A stretch of 63,809 nt of DNA, the filler included, from Sluysia triapertura (Eukaryota), in the NCBI GenBank assembly GCA_046118255.1. It is 5 parts of 5 records of this genome, joined end to end, with 100 filler letters (N's around TTAATTAATTAA, not from the genome) between each part and the next. Parts side by side here need not be neighbours in the genome. Positions count along the whole stretch, not along the records: positions 27,714 to 38,941 come from JBJNIA010187135.1; positions 39,042 to 52,725 come from JBJNIA010025619.1; 3 more parts are not named here. One strand, written 5' to 3'. The notes under the pieces were generated by a model. The model worked only from the letters and a program-made list of their open reading frames with translations. It searched no databases and was not told the DNA's origin. Shown here piece after piece: positions 27,720 to 39,570 of this stretch. Each line of letters begins with the position of its first letter. The stretch's first letter is position 1. Both the position numbers and the translations under genes were made by a program.

Positions 27720-28330
27720 TTATGTTGTGTGACCCCTGAGATATTATAAAGGAATTAATTTATTGCAGAGTTTAACTAACTAGATAAAAGATTTTATTAT
27801 TATATCTATAATCGTGATTTAAAGATTTGTATTATAACATTTGATTTATAAAAATATATAGAGATTCGGTTTTGTTTGATTTGAGTTTTTATAAAGAAGG
27901 GTTAATAATTTTATTGAAAAACACAACATAACATACGTTTTATTATTGCTTCATAATTGTTTCGTAATAAATTATTAAAATCAAGATTTATTGTTCAATT
28001 TATATAGATGCAATTATAAAATGTTTTCAACAAATGGAATTTAAATCCAATTACGTAAATCCTCTTAAGATTCAATTTCGAAGAATCTACGTAAAATAAC
28101 CCAAATAACATTATCATTATTAATTTTTTGATAGTCTCATAAAATTTCTTAATATCAAAACTTACCTCCGGACATTTTTTAATTCGTTATTTAAAGATAT
28201 AAATTAGCATCACTAGCAAAATCTGAGTATTTCTTTTAGTCATACTTAAAAATCATTTTATTCACAGATCCAAAGGTTGGCCCTAACCAGTAAGCCCAGT
28301 AAGTTGGTGAACTCACGTTAACGGTTAATT
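27720..28330 (+). repeat. Dispersed repeat (composite of two shared blocks)
   Basis: 27720-27930 matches 10280-10540 on the same strand. 27950-28330 matches the reverse complement of 55180-55530. Confidence 0.7.
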
Positions 28331-31257
28331 TTAACTCCAGAACGAACTTAACTTATATAAAAATCGTTTTACATAAACTTCACGACTTCAGAAATATCCT
28401 GTTCGTATCTTCATCATTAAAAACCCTCTAGAATATATTCTTTAAAAAAACGTGTCAACTATAACTCGATTAACCAATGCCGGTCTTGTGATTATCTTGA
28501 CCAAACCTTTTATAAACTCTTGATTACTTCACCCACATTTACAACTGATAATAATTTATCAGTTTACACCCTTATAGTAATTTGACCGACAAAACACGAA
28601 TTAATTACTCTGCACAACCAATCAAAAGTTTGCACATGCATTATTTGAAAATTTCACGCACCTTACAACCACTTTATTAGATAAAATTTATGCTAATCAC
28701 TTTATTAACAAATTAAAATCATATTTCTCATCATTTAAAAAACCTTCAATTTAAAAAATTTATAAAAACCCAAGATCATAATAATTACAATTTACAAAAG
28801 CAAGAACATAAACTTACGCTCTATAATAACGGCGGCATTTAACATAATTATTTTAGTACCAGATCTGTCAGTTTTTGAGTACATAAATTTTAATATTCCT
28901 ATAACCAATATTATTGCTTTTCTTGACATCATTTTAGTGATTTGTGTAACGTAAAATGTTTTGTATATATCCTAAGTTAGCAAATTTTGAAATGAGACTT
29001 ATGTGATTGTGACTTACGTAATAATCGATGATGATTATGCAAAAGAGTTCTCGATATCGACAAAAGTAACTTTGCAAAAGAATCTTTGTTTTATCGTTAC
29101 TCACTTGTACATCGTTAATGATTTGTATATAAATGATTAATTTTATTTACAAATGATCTTAGATTTGAAGAAAAAGTTTAAATTTTAATTTGTTGCATAA
29201 CTTGTTACTTTTAATCTATAAGTACTTCACCTTCAAACTTTGGTTCCGGTTTATTTCAATTTGAATGCTTAATCTTGTCTCATTCGGCAATCTTTGGTTT
29301 AAGTCTTTAAATCATCACATAAATAATTTCCTAATCAATACGTTCAATTTAATAATTATGAAAAATGAAGAGATAAAATCATGGCTAAGTGGATTGAGCT
29401 TAAATCAATTATTGAAAACATTCTCAGAATATTTGTGATTCTAAAGAACGTTTATTACAAAGGAAATAGTATACGAAAAGGTATTTAAAAAAGTAAATAA
29501 AAGGAATTATTAGAAGTTGTAAAATAATATTAAAATAAATTATACGATTACATAGTTTGCAGCAAAATATTCATTTAAAATATTAAGTTATAATCGTTTA
29601 ATCTTTATCAAGTATAAAATGAATGTAATTTATAAATAACAGTTGTTTTTATCAATTGTTCATTTTATTTTTCGATAATTACAAAACCGAACACGAAAAT
29701 ATAAATTAGACATTGTACAAACCTGATAACTATTTTTATTTTAACAAGTTTATCGATTGAATAATAAAAAATAGCAAAATTAAAATATATTAAGCTCTGT
29801 TTGAATATCGCTAGTAACCGATAAAATTACAATACTTTTTAAATTCTTTTGCTTCAATGATTTAACGAATAAATTTACGACCAAAAATTTCACAGAACTA
29901 AAATATAGGCGTACAAAAGTTATCAAGAACTTAATGCTTTTCGACTAATACCACTCTACTATAGTAGGTATAAAATATCAATGTTCTACTTTTAAATAGT
30001 AGTAAACAATTCCTAGCATTGACTCTGATTAATCATAATAATCAGATTATTTTCTACCCAATTTGAAACAATTTAAAATTTATGTGGTTTATTATGTATA
30101 TCTTTATTATACTTAGATTTCATTACATAATATAATAACAAAACAACTTATATACATGTACAACTAAGACAAAGCAAATAATAATTAATATGAGAGTTTT
30201 AAAATATCAATTTTAGGACACATCTTTAGATCTAAACATTATAAACATTTTTATATTACGATATTAAAAAAAGTAATGAAATAGATAATTGGAATAAGTA
30301 CTTTAGTTAGGCTGAATTTATCACACTAAAACATGTTTATTTAGATATTTAACACGTTAAAATTGTGTTAATACATTTTTTTCATATTTTTTAAAGATTG
30401 TTGAAGTCAAATTAAATGTTTAAGTTGTATATATTCAGTTTATTTAAATCAATTTACCAAATGATTTTTAAATTAAATGAATAGACTACGGATTTATTGA
30501 TTTAATAAAAAAATATAAAAATGTTAATAAAATAAATCAAAAGTAGATTTACAAAAATGGCTAAAAAACTAATAAGTCTAAATTTAATCATATAAAATGA
30601 CTTCAAAAATACATATTCTTACCATTAGTTTAATTAGAAAACAATCTCCGTTCATATATTTGAAATTGGTGGTTTATACTTTCAAATATTGAAATCATCA
30701 GTGAAGTTGCTAAACATACTCGAAGAAGTCTAGGGCCAATACCTAAAGAAACATAAAAAATTTTCATTTCGTGATTAAATTAGTTATAAAATCAAAATTA
30801 TATATTAAGTTATGCGATAAGTAGTAAATTAAAATTTAATTTAAAGGTTCATTGAGAAATTAATTCGAAATGTAATTAATTAATTTCAAAACACATCAAG
30901 AATGTTATTATTACAATCTCGATCAACACTATTCAAGAAATGAGAGATTATTCATATGAAATGATTGGTGTTCGATTATATATTCGAAGTAGACAAATTT
31001 TAAGAAGTTTATTTATTAAGATTTAATATTTAAACAGTTTGTGTAATCAGAATCAAAGTTTTATCTCAATTATGAGTTAACGTTAAAGCGTAATATAATT
31101 CAAATTGTTGAAGCATAATTATGCAAAATTATAAGCATATATATGTTACTGTAATAATGCATAAATATATTTGTACATATTACGGTATTATTATAATCAT
31201 TTTTTATTAGTTTTAAAATACCGAAGAATCTTTGTTAATATGGTTTTTTCCTTGTAG

Positions 31258-31327
31258 GTCCACCTAAGTCAACGGTTTACGTCCACAGAAAAGACATTGT
31301 TATAGGATATACTTGCACTTATTGCAG
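31258..31327 (+). CDS. Candidate coding exon of an unidentified gene (GPPKSTVYVHRKDIVIGYTCTYC, CxxC motif)
   Basis: Strong acceptor ttttttccttgtAG and donor CAG|GTAAAT. The frame is open and phase-compatible with 34054-34114. Confidence 0.55.
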
Positions 31328-31729
31328 GTAAATCTTACTAAATTGTCTACTGAATTTTCTTTCTTGGATGGTATCGAACATTTTTTAAGTGGAGCTTTAC
31401 TTACAATATTTTTATGTTGCATTATCCTGAACAAAAGTATTAGTATTCTCTATTTATTCTTCTTTTTGAAGCTTACTTAGATGAACAATTAAATCGTTCC
31501 TTTGTCTATTAATTTAAATGTTTAATCGTCGATAATAACTTCCTAAATTTTTATAGGAAAAATTTACTTAAATTTTAATATTTATTTAATTAAATATTTA
31601 ATTAGTTCCAACTTAATTGAAAACAAAAACTTTTATCAAAAATCAAAATTATATTAAAATAGGAAGATTTTAATATTATACAATAGTTCAAAATTTAAAA
31701 GGATTACTAGAAAAAGACTAAATCTTAAA

Positions 31730-32752
31730 TTATTAAGATTTAATAATATAAATGTTAGGTTCTCATCACAACCCTATAAAATAATTTAAAAATGTCAAAA
31801 TTACACCTTAAAATTAATTTAAAATATTTAAAACATATAAAACATCTTAAAATCAATTATTAATTTTTAAAATTACTTAAAAAACAATTATTTTCCAAAA
31901 AAGGAATTATTTTTTCCAAAAAAGAAAATATCAAAAGAAAATAAAAAATAAAATTTCTAAAATAGAAAATAATCTTCTAGAATGTTCTAGAAAATTTTAA
32001 ACATTCCATCGATTTTCATTGGATGGTGACTAGTATATAAACTAGCATCTTACAATGAAAATCGCCATTTTATCGTCGCAATCTTGCTATTTACAGTTTA
32101 TTGGTAATTTCATTCAAGATAATTGTGAAATTAGTAAGCGTCACAATTACCAGTTATCCAGCAATCAATTGTGGAATTTCCATCAGATTTTGGTAAATTA
32201 TATATTTATTAAGTTAGATTTTTACTTTTGAAATTAAAATCATAAAATCAACTTAAATTTTACATTAATTTATAAAATTTTTAAGTCCCGATATATTGAG
32301 GCGTAAACTCTACTTAAACTTCATTAGAATCAGATTAAACGCTCTCGGAGCTTTAATCCTTAAAATTGATTATATCATCTTATTCTCATAATCTACTATT
32401 CTAATTTAGCATTTATATATATTTTTAGCATTTTAGCATTATATTTTTAGCATTTTTATATATACTTTTTAATAAACGCATTATTTAATTATTAAATTAT
32501 TGAATCAAAAATTAAATTATTTAGTAGCTGTAAGACCCTCCTCACTTAGTTTATTAGACAGAGACGTTATTTTTAACTTATTAGTTACAGAAGTTCCAAC
32601 GATGCGTTGTAAGACGCTTACTGTAACCGAACCCTGCTAAAAAATATTTTGCCGTAGGTTAAGTGTTAGAAAAACCACAGCATAAAGAATACTCAAAAAG
32701 ATTGTTTAACAGGTGTATAAGAATAAAATCGCTTTTTCTATTTATTTCCTCA
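31730..32752 (+). mobile_element. 5' LTR of an LTR retrotransposon (left boundary uncertain, possibly ~31415)
   Basis: Pol II promoter (HSE, ATTGG, TATATAAA, GCCATTTT), AATAAA at 32722, ends in CA at 32751-32752 just before a PBS. Homologous copies at ~45450-45700 and 50369-50945. Confidence 0.75.
31975..32071 (+). promoter_or_regulatory. LTR promoter: 4-unit heat-shock element, inverted CCAAT box, TATA box, YY1-like motif
   Basis: TTCtaGAAtgTTCtaGAA at 31975-31992, ATTGG at 32018-32022, TATATAAA at 32034-32041, CGCCATTTT at 32063-32071. Confidence 0.7.
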
Positions 32753-32755
32753 TTT

Positions 32756-32774
32756 TAGTGTCAGGAATGGGATT
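32756..32774 (+). other. Primer-binding site complementary to tRNA-Leu 3' end
   Basis: TAGTGTCAGGAATGGGATT vs the tRNA-Leu(CAG)-type PBS TGGTGTCAGGAGTGGGATT (2 mismatches), 3 nt after the LTR-terminal CA. Confidence 0.75.
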
Positions 32775-34053
32775 AAATAGAAAATGAAATGTTTTATTCA
32801 AGTTTTGATTATTCCTATGGTTTAAATGTCTTTTTACAAATATTTTTAATTTATAGATTAAAGCCGGATAAGGCCTGGCGAAACCGATAATGCGTATGAT
32901 TAGAGAGTTATTATTAACCACAAGAACGATTTTATAACACCCCTAGCGACAGCAATGTACGAATTATCAAGTGTCCGTATCGTTTGGTAAATTTTTGACA
33001 TTGAACTAAATAAAGGAAAATAGTAATAATTGTTAGTGTTTTACTTAAACTGACAACTAACAAATTAGGTTGTAATGACAAGGTTCGACCACAGTTAACG
33101 AATTTATGCTTAATGCGACGTTCCTAAAGGATTAAATTATATTTGAACGAGGATTTATAACTTTTATAAAACTTAATTCTAATTTTCCTCTTATGCTAAT
33201 TGAATATTGTTACTATTGACTCTAATTCCTTTTATCGTTATTTTATTAACGTTAAGAAGCCTAATAACTCTTATCTCTTATTCAACAGTTTTGGAAATGT
33301 TTTAATAATTTCACTATCTACTTTTATTCTCTTTCTTATTAACAATCTCATTTTTGCAATTATTTCTTATCTAAAATTCTATTCTTACAAACTCAAGGTT
33401 TATTCCTCAATAATTGGAAAAGGTTTAGTAATTTGTTTCTTAAAAACAAGACAAAACTTATAAACAATAACTTACAAAATCTTGGTAAAATCGGATTGAA
33501 AACAAAACGTTATGTCTCTACATATCCAATAAATCGAATCCCATTACTAATAAATAGCCACTGAAATTTCACATATTAGAACATTAAATTAGCATTAAAA
33601 CGTTCTGATTCACCAAAAATTCAATCAATATCGACATAAGAATTAAAAGTTATAATCTGACGTTAACCGCCAATTAATCACGTAGAACTTTGTAGCATAG
33701 AATCAATTCAAGTCAATTATGTAGGAATCTTTACGTACAATAAACCAAAAAATTTTATGTCGATGTTTTTTTCGCTCAACCTTATGTACCAATCCAATGT
33801 TTACAAAAGATTTACAATGGTAAGTTTTCTATTTATTTTCAATTAACAATAAAAGGTATTGATTTATTTAATTAATTAAATCTTTAATTTTCTGATCAGA
33901 AATTACTAATGGACTCTTCATTATTTATTTGGTTAATTCATATTTGTTTTTAATTTAGGAAATTTTGTACAACTAATTATAATTTGTAATTATTACTATT
34001 ATTTTCTAATTATTATTATTATTATTATTATTAAACAAAATTCTTAATTTCAG

Positions 34054-34114
34054 ATCTGAACACAGTAAAAGGCATATAAAAAATATAAATATATTGGAGT
34101 CTTGTTTGCCTTGA
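34054..34114 (+). CDS. Candidate terminal coding exon (RSEHSKRHIKNINILESCLP*)
   Basis: Acceptor ttcttaatttcAG; the phase-2 junction with 31258-31327 keeps the frame open to TGA at 34112-34114. Convergent with the NALCN 3' end. Confidence 0.45.
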
Positions 34115-34865
34115 ATTAGTGTTTCACAATTTTCATCTTTATTTGATTTCTATTCACATTCAATGTTGATAATTTCACGTTCACCGTATCCAATAGTGAC
34201 CCCAACATGTATTGTTTTGCCAGGTGTTTTATATCAACTCTCCAGGCATTCATCTATTTTTACAACGATTGACTATATTTAATTAAACATTAAGTCATTA
34301 GTGTGCTTGTTATTTGAGTACTAACATTTAAATATGCTGTATTACCCTTGAATTTAATACATTTTGAGTTTGTACCAGAGTTTTATTGAATTATAATTGA
34401 TTTTGATATTGCGATAAAGTTTAATTTTGCAGAGTCGTTTTGTATTCAATATAAAACACGAATACAAAATTAAAACCCAGATAGATAATCACAAACAATA
34501 CAAAACCCAATAAGACAATAAATAAAAACAATAAATTATAAATAATTTACAAATAACTAACATGTTATCAAAATTAAAAACCTTCCCTTGGGACGGCCAA
34601 GTAGCTGCCTAACACAGACGTGCACTACTACTAATAATATTCTATCAGTAACATCTAATTCATCATTCTAATTCGTTCCGGATATAGCTTCAATTTAGCT
34701 TTACAAATAAATAAGTCAAGCATGGCCACACCGTTTCATCGTGAGAATTATTCGTGCTTGGAAGTGTAAAAAATGGAACAAAAATAAAATATATTTGACA
34801 AAATGTAGTTATAACAGAGATCAAACTAAATCGGCAGTACGCTCCTCTCTATTTATACGAATTAC

Positions 34866-35275
34866 TTATTCAGAGTTAGAACTTGATGAAGCAGATTCAT
34901 CATTGATGGTTCCGAAACCTTTTCGCTGTGTAATTTTCGTCGAATTACGGTGATTCTGTTGATGGCGATAGTGATATTTGTTGTGTCGATGATTCTGAGT
35001 TGACCTCCACCATATTTTTACTTCCCTACAATCAGAGTCGACAAGCTCTCGAAGTTTCTGTTGCCCCGCGTCTTCTTCAGTACCGGATGCCATGCTGTCC
35101 ACCACATTTCCAGCCTTATTGTCCATATCGATGCTGATCGACTTCGCTTCATAATCCAACTTGACTTTCCCGTTATTTCTGACATTATCGTCATCTTCTT
35201 GTCCATCTTCTTCCTCGAATACGTCTTGCAGAGGAACCAAACTTGTTGCGGCATTTGGAACAAGATTACTTGCAG
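34866..35275 (-). CDS. NALCN: NALCN terminal coding exon
   Basis: Acceptor tttAG at 35276-35277. The frame of ORF 34866-35240 contains DCREVKIWWRS, resembling the CGSEVKKWWTR motif near the vertebrate NALCN C-terminus. Confidence 0.75.
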
Positions 35276-35380
35276 CTAAAAATATAAATATTTGATTAAG
35301 TTTCCGTTTGTGAACTTAAGAAATGAAAGATTCCAAATTTAATAATTTATATTTGATCAGTACAAAGGAATTTTCCCTAC

Positions 35381-35843
35381 TCGATGATGTTGCATTTGAT
35401 GAACTGTTTAATTTCATACTTCGACGTCTCTTGAATCCCATTGGTTGATTTTTCAATTGTTCTGCTGACAGAAGTCGACCAACAACAACACCAGATTGAG
35501 ATGTGGGACTTGTAACTGATTGATTAGTGCTTCCTAAGGCAGTTCCTGTTGAGTTGGATTGACTTGGCGAAGAACCGAGCACTGAAGTCGTGGAATCGAT
35601 AGAAGACCCCAAGTCTGGACTAAGAAAAGCGCCCTTGGGTGAAGTAATACTTGGTTGACAGCTACCACTGGACGGTGCAGAACCTAAAGTAGGAGGACCC
35701 GTGGCAGAATGACTAATCTTCCTCGATCGATCTGTAATTAACATTCCAGAGTCATCTTCCGTATTCCCCGACAGAATTCCAGTTGCAGCATTAGGTTTGT
35801 CGGAGCTGCTCTCACGCAGTCCAAATTTCAAATTACCATGTTT
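35381..35843 (-). CDS. NALCN: NALCN exon (Ser-rich C-terminal tail); donor position inferred from phase
   Basis: Acceptor tttcAG, phase 0 with the preceding exon (KHGNLKFGLRESSSDKP...). A phase-1 donor at 35380 (GTAGGG) joins it to the last exon in the EVKIWW frame. Confidence 0.7.
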
Positions 35844-36111
35844 CTGAAAGACACAAAATATTCCATTATTATAGTTCTACAAATCTATTGTTATTACTCT
35901 TAGAACATATGTAACATGCTGGTATGCTTATTGGGAATACTCTGCTTTACACTCAGAAGTGAAAGCTTACTTCCATAAATCAAGAATCAAAGGTTCTGAA
36001 AATGTATTCCATGAAAAATTAAGAACTAATACAAATTTATAATCCTTTTCGAAGTATATTCAAATAGGTTCTCTTGTTAACTTCATTGTGAATCACACTA
36101 TGCTTATGTTA

Positions 36112-36339
<228 letters not shown>

Positions 36340-36354
36340 TTAAGCAGCACTTAC

Positions 36355-36527
36355 GTGAGAACATCGTGAAAACTGACATCTCGATCTTTGCCACCTCGCA
36401 ATATCTCAACCTCGTAACACATCTCCTTGAACAACTGTTGATCTTTTTTCTTGGTGAAATCGAAGCCCACACGGTCTCTGGGAATCAAACGTAGCAAGAA
36501 CCGCACATAGTATGCCTTTATTGCACC
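36355..36527 (-). CDS. NALCN: NALCN exon
   Basis: GAIKAYYVRFLLRLIPRDRVGFDFTKKKDQQLFKEMCYEVEILRGGKDRDVSFHDVL vs NALCN GVIPTFRVKFLLRLLRGRL...[27 protein letters not shown]. Canonical AG/GTAAGT sites, followed by a 38-nt intron. Confidence 0.93.
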
Positions 36528-37076
36528 CTAAATCAATATAATCATATGGTTGGTTGAAGACTGAGTCATAAGTAAAACAAATCTACTTTTTTCATATTCT
36601 GAATCTGAAGAACATTAAGAATAGTCCAAATAACAAAACTATTTTGATTAAATATTAGAATTAAAATTGACACTCTTCGAGTTATTATTATTTATTGGAT
36701 AAATTTATTAAATAAAGTTTAATAAAGTAATAGTCCGCGCTCCAAACTTGTTAGTATCATTGCTAATTTTCCAGAATTAAAAGCAAATAATGTTCTAATC
36801 GAGAATACGAATTCGCACAACGGAATGGAAATAAGTGATAATTCTTCTGTAAGAAATGAAGATTTATTTTAGTTGTGGCACATGGAAATTGATTGCATGG
36901 TCATACATGTTTTAAAACATTAAGAGGGATTACGAGTCCTCATCAATGAAGAAAGAAAATCACGTTGAAATTACCAACCACAACCATAACTGATCTAATA
37001 AGATGAGTTAGTGATTCAGAAGATACTGCTAATTATTTAAGAACTCTTACAAAACGGTATTCAATAAAACAGTTCA

Positions 37077-37235
<159 letters not shown>

Positions 37236-37744
37236 TTAATACTATTATTATTATTATTATTGTAACATAATATTCATCTATTTTTAAATTCATAATCTTT
37301 CAAAATTTTAAATCAAATATAAAATCCATTTAGTTTAAATATATTTCTTAAAATAAAATTAAAATTATTATCATTATAATGCTTTTATATCAATTTAAAA
37401 TGAGATTTAATACAGTTAATATAAATTTAAAATTTAGTACAAATAGTAACCAGTTTTAAATTGAAATAAAATAAATAATCATTTTAAAATGAGATTCTAT
37501 AAAGAGAATGTAAGATCAAATTCTAAGAACATAAAATTCCATAAAAATCATGTTAATAAGCAAGTTAAAATCATCTTGAACTGAGATTGAATAAACTTGT
37601 ATATAATTAAAAAGTAGTAACATTATTCTCGATTAAAATCAACTTTAACTAAAGATTGGGCAGAACAGAGAAATAAATTATTCAGACAGAAAATTAGTAT
37701 TACTACTTATTACTTGTATATATTATTATTATTAACTTGCTAAC

Positions 37745-37800
<56 letters not shown>
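37745..37800. repeat. (ATT)n microsatellite
   Basis: Perfect ATT repeat. Similar tracts lie at ~3388-3426, 16244-16271, 21625-21663, 43572-43620, 59035-59102 and 60011-60070. Confidence 0.95.
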
Positions 37801-37802
<2 letters not shown>

Positions 37803-38727
37803 ATTTGAACATTAAATTAACATTAATACGTAAATGCATATATATCTAATTACTGTTAATATTTGAATAATAACTGTTACTATTATTCAAACAGAATAAC
37901 TTTAAAAATTAATTATTTAATGCTCAACAAAAACAGTATAAATATTGTTACTGAAAATAAAAAAGACACAAAAATAATATAAGACTTTATTGAAGAATTT
38001 AAACTGAATAATTTATCGATACGCATTGCTGACGATCCTAATAGAAACAGTAAGTATTAATATATTTCGTCTGAATAATAAAATTGATAAAATAAAAATT
38101 TTTGACAGAATTTTAAAAATTAAAACTGTATATTTTTTGTTATCATTATTTCAGTATATATATCGAATAAATTTCAAATTGTTATAGTCAATAAATTTTA
38201 GTGTATTTTAGTTTTATTACAAGTTGAAGATAGAATCCCAAGAGAAAAGTAAAATTATAAATTTAACATTTAAGCTCAGACTTTTAATATAACAAGATTT
38301 TATTTACTTTGGTTTCAATTTCAAGTCACCGAAACGAGTTTCCGATCTCACACTCCTGCATAAAATAAATCTAAAGCATAAATATTAATTATAATGTGAA
38401 ACGATAAAGGAAAATTTAAGTTGTTATTGACGAATAATAATTTATAAGTGTATATATTTAGACTTTTGCCGAAGAGTAAAAGTGCATATTAGCTAAAGTT
38501 AAGAACTCATTATAAAGTAATTTAAAATGTTGAAGAATAATAACATTTTGTAAGCTTTACATTAAAGAGTTTTAAATTTTACAGTGATAAAATTAGAATA
38601 AAAAGTGAGCATATTGATAAAAGATTTAGAATATTATTAAGAACAAGAAATTTACATTGATTACAAGCATAAATAAATTTATCGATATAAGTGTTCAAAG
38701 ACATTAAATTTATAAAATTCGACATCA

Positions 38728-39041
38728 NNNNNNNNNNNNNNNNNNNNNNNNNNNNNNNNNNNNNNNNNNNNNNNNNNNNNNNNNNNNNNNNNNNNNNNNN
38801 NNNNNNNNNNNNNNNNNNNNNNNNNNNNNNNNNNNNNNNNNNNNNNNNNNNNNNNNNNNNNNNNNNNNNNNNNNNNNNNNNNNNNNNNNNNNNNNNNNNN
38901 NNNNNNNNNNNNNNNNNNNNNNNNNNNNNNNNNNNNACTATNNNNNNNNNNNNNNNNNNNNNNNNNNNNNNNNNNNNNNNNNNNNTTAATTAATTAANNN
39001 NNNNNNNNNNNNNNNNNNNNNNNNNNNNNNNNNNNNNNNNN
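38728..39041. other. Gap (209 N), 5-nt remnant ACTAT, then artificial linker (38942-39041)
   Basis: Direct count of N runs and the TTAATTAATTAA insert at 38986-38997. Confidence 0.95.
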
Positions 39042-39570
39042 CTTAAATAAATCTCAAGAATTTATTCTAACATTCTTCATTTCACTCCTAACTCAAATCA
39101 TTTTTATTTTCAAAATTTGAATTTAACACGACTCCAAATAATTATTTTCAGAAATGAAGCAACAACGATAAATGAAGCACAGTATACCACGTTACCGTTT
39201 CACATATTATCAACAGTTTTCATTTTTCATTTCTCTCTCAATATGTAATAAATAAAGAATTCGATAGAAAAGCTCGTGTAAATTTTAAAAGAAAGATTTA
39301 TGCGATTTGTTTTCATTTGATAATAATAATAGCAATATTATTATTATTATTATCAACCATCAAACTATTTTTACAAATTTAAATTAAATCATACTGTTGT
39401 CGCCATCATCAATATTGACACTCTGACATTTTATTAATGTGTCAGTATTGATGACGGTAAATCATCAAAAAATTAATTTGTTGTGATATTTTTGGATATG
39501 ATCCAATCACGACTGATATTATTCAGTTTAATCATTTGGACAACCACAAGTTGCTTTCTGACATTTAAAA
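39042..39570 (+). mobile_element. Second, inverted copy of the unclassified hairpin-containing element; coding-like remnant continues to ~40140
   Basis: attctaacattcttcatttcactcctaactcaaatcat matches the minus strand of ~8605-8642. Further shared blocks: aataaaga..aaagctc, atttatgc..tgttttcatt, the hairpin, and atccaatca. Confidence 0.7.
39403..39457. repeat. Inverted repeat/hairpin, 19-bp stem, 17-nt loop
   Basis: Arms CCATCATCAATATTGACAC (39403-39421) and GTGTCAGTATTGATGACGG (39439-39457) give 17/19 Watson-Crick pairs plus one G-T. Confidence 0.85.

Noticed and set aside
32756-32774. tRNA gene
   Set aside because: Only 19 nt are complementary to a tRNA 3' end and there is no cloverleaf; interpreted as a PBS.
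38691-38993. 100-aa ORF in the track
   Set aside because: It consists almost entirely of N-gap translation.
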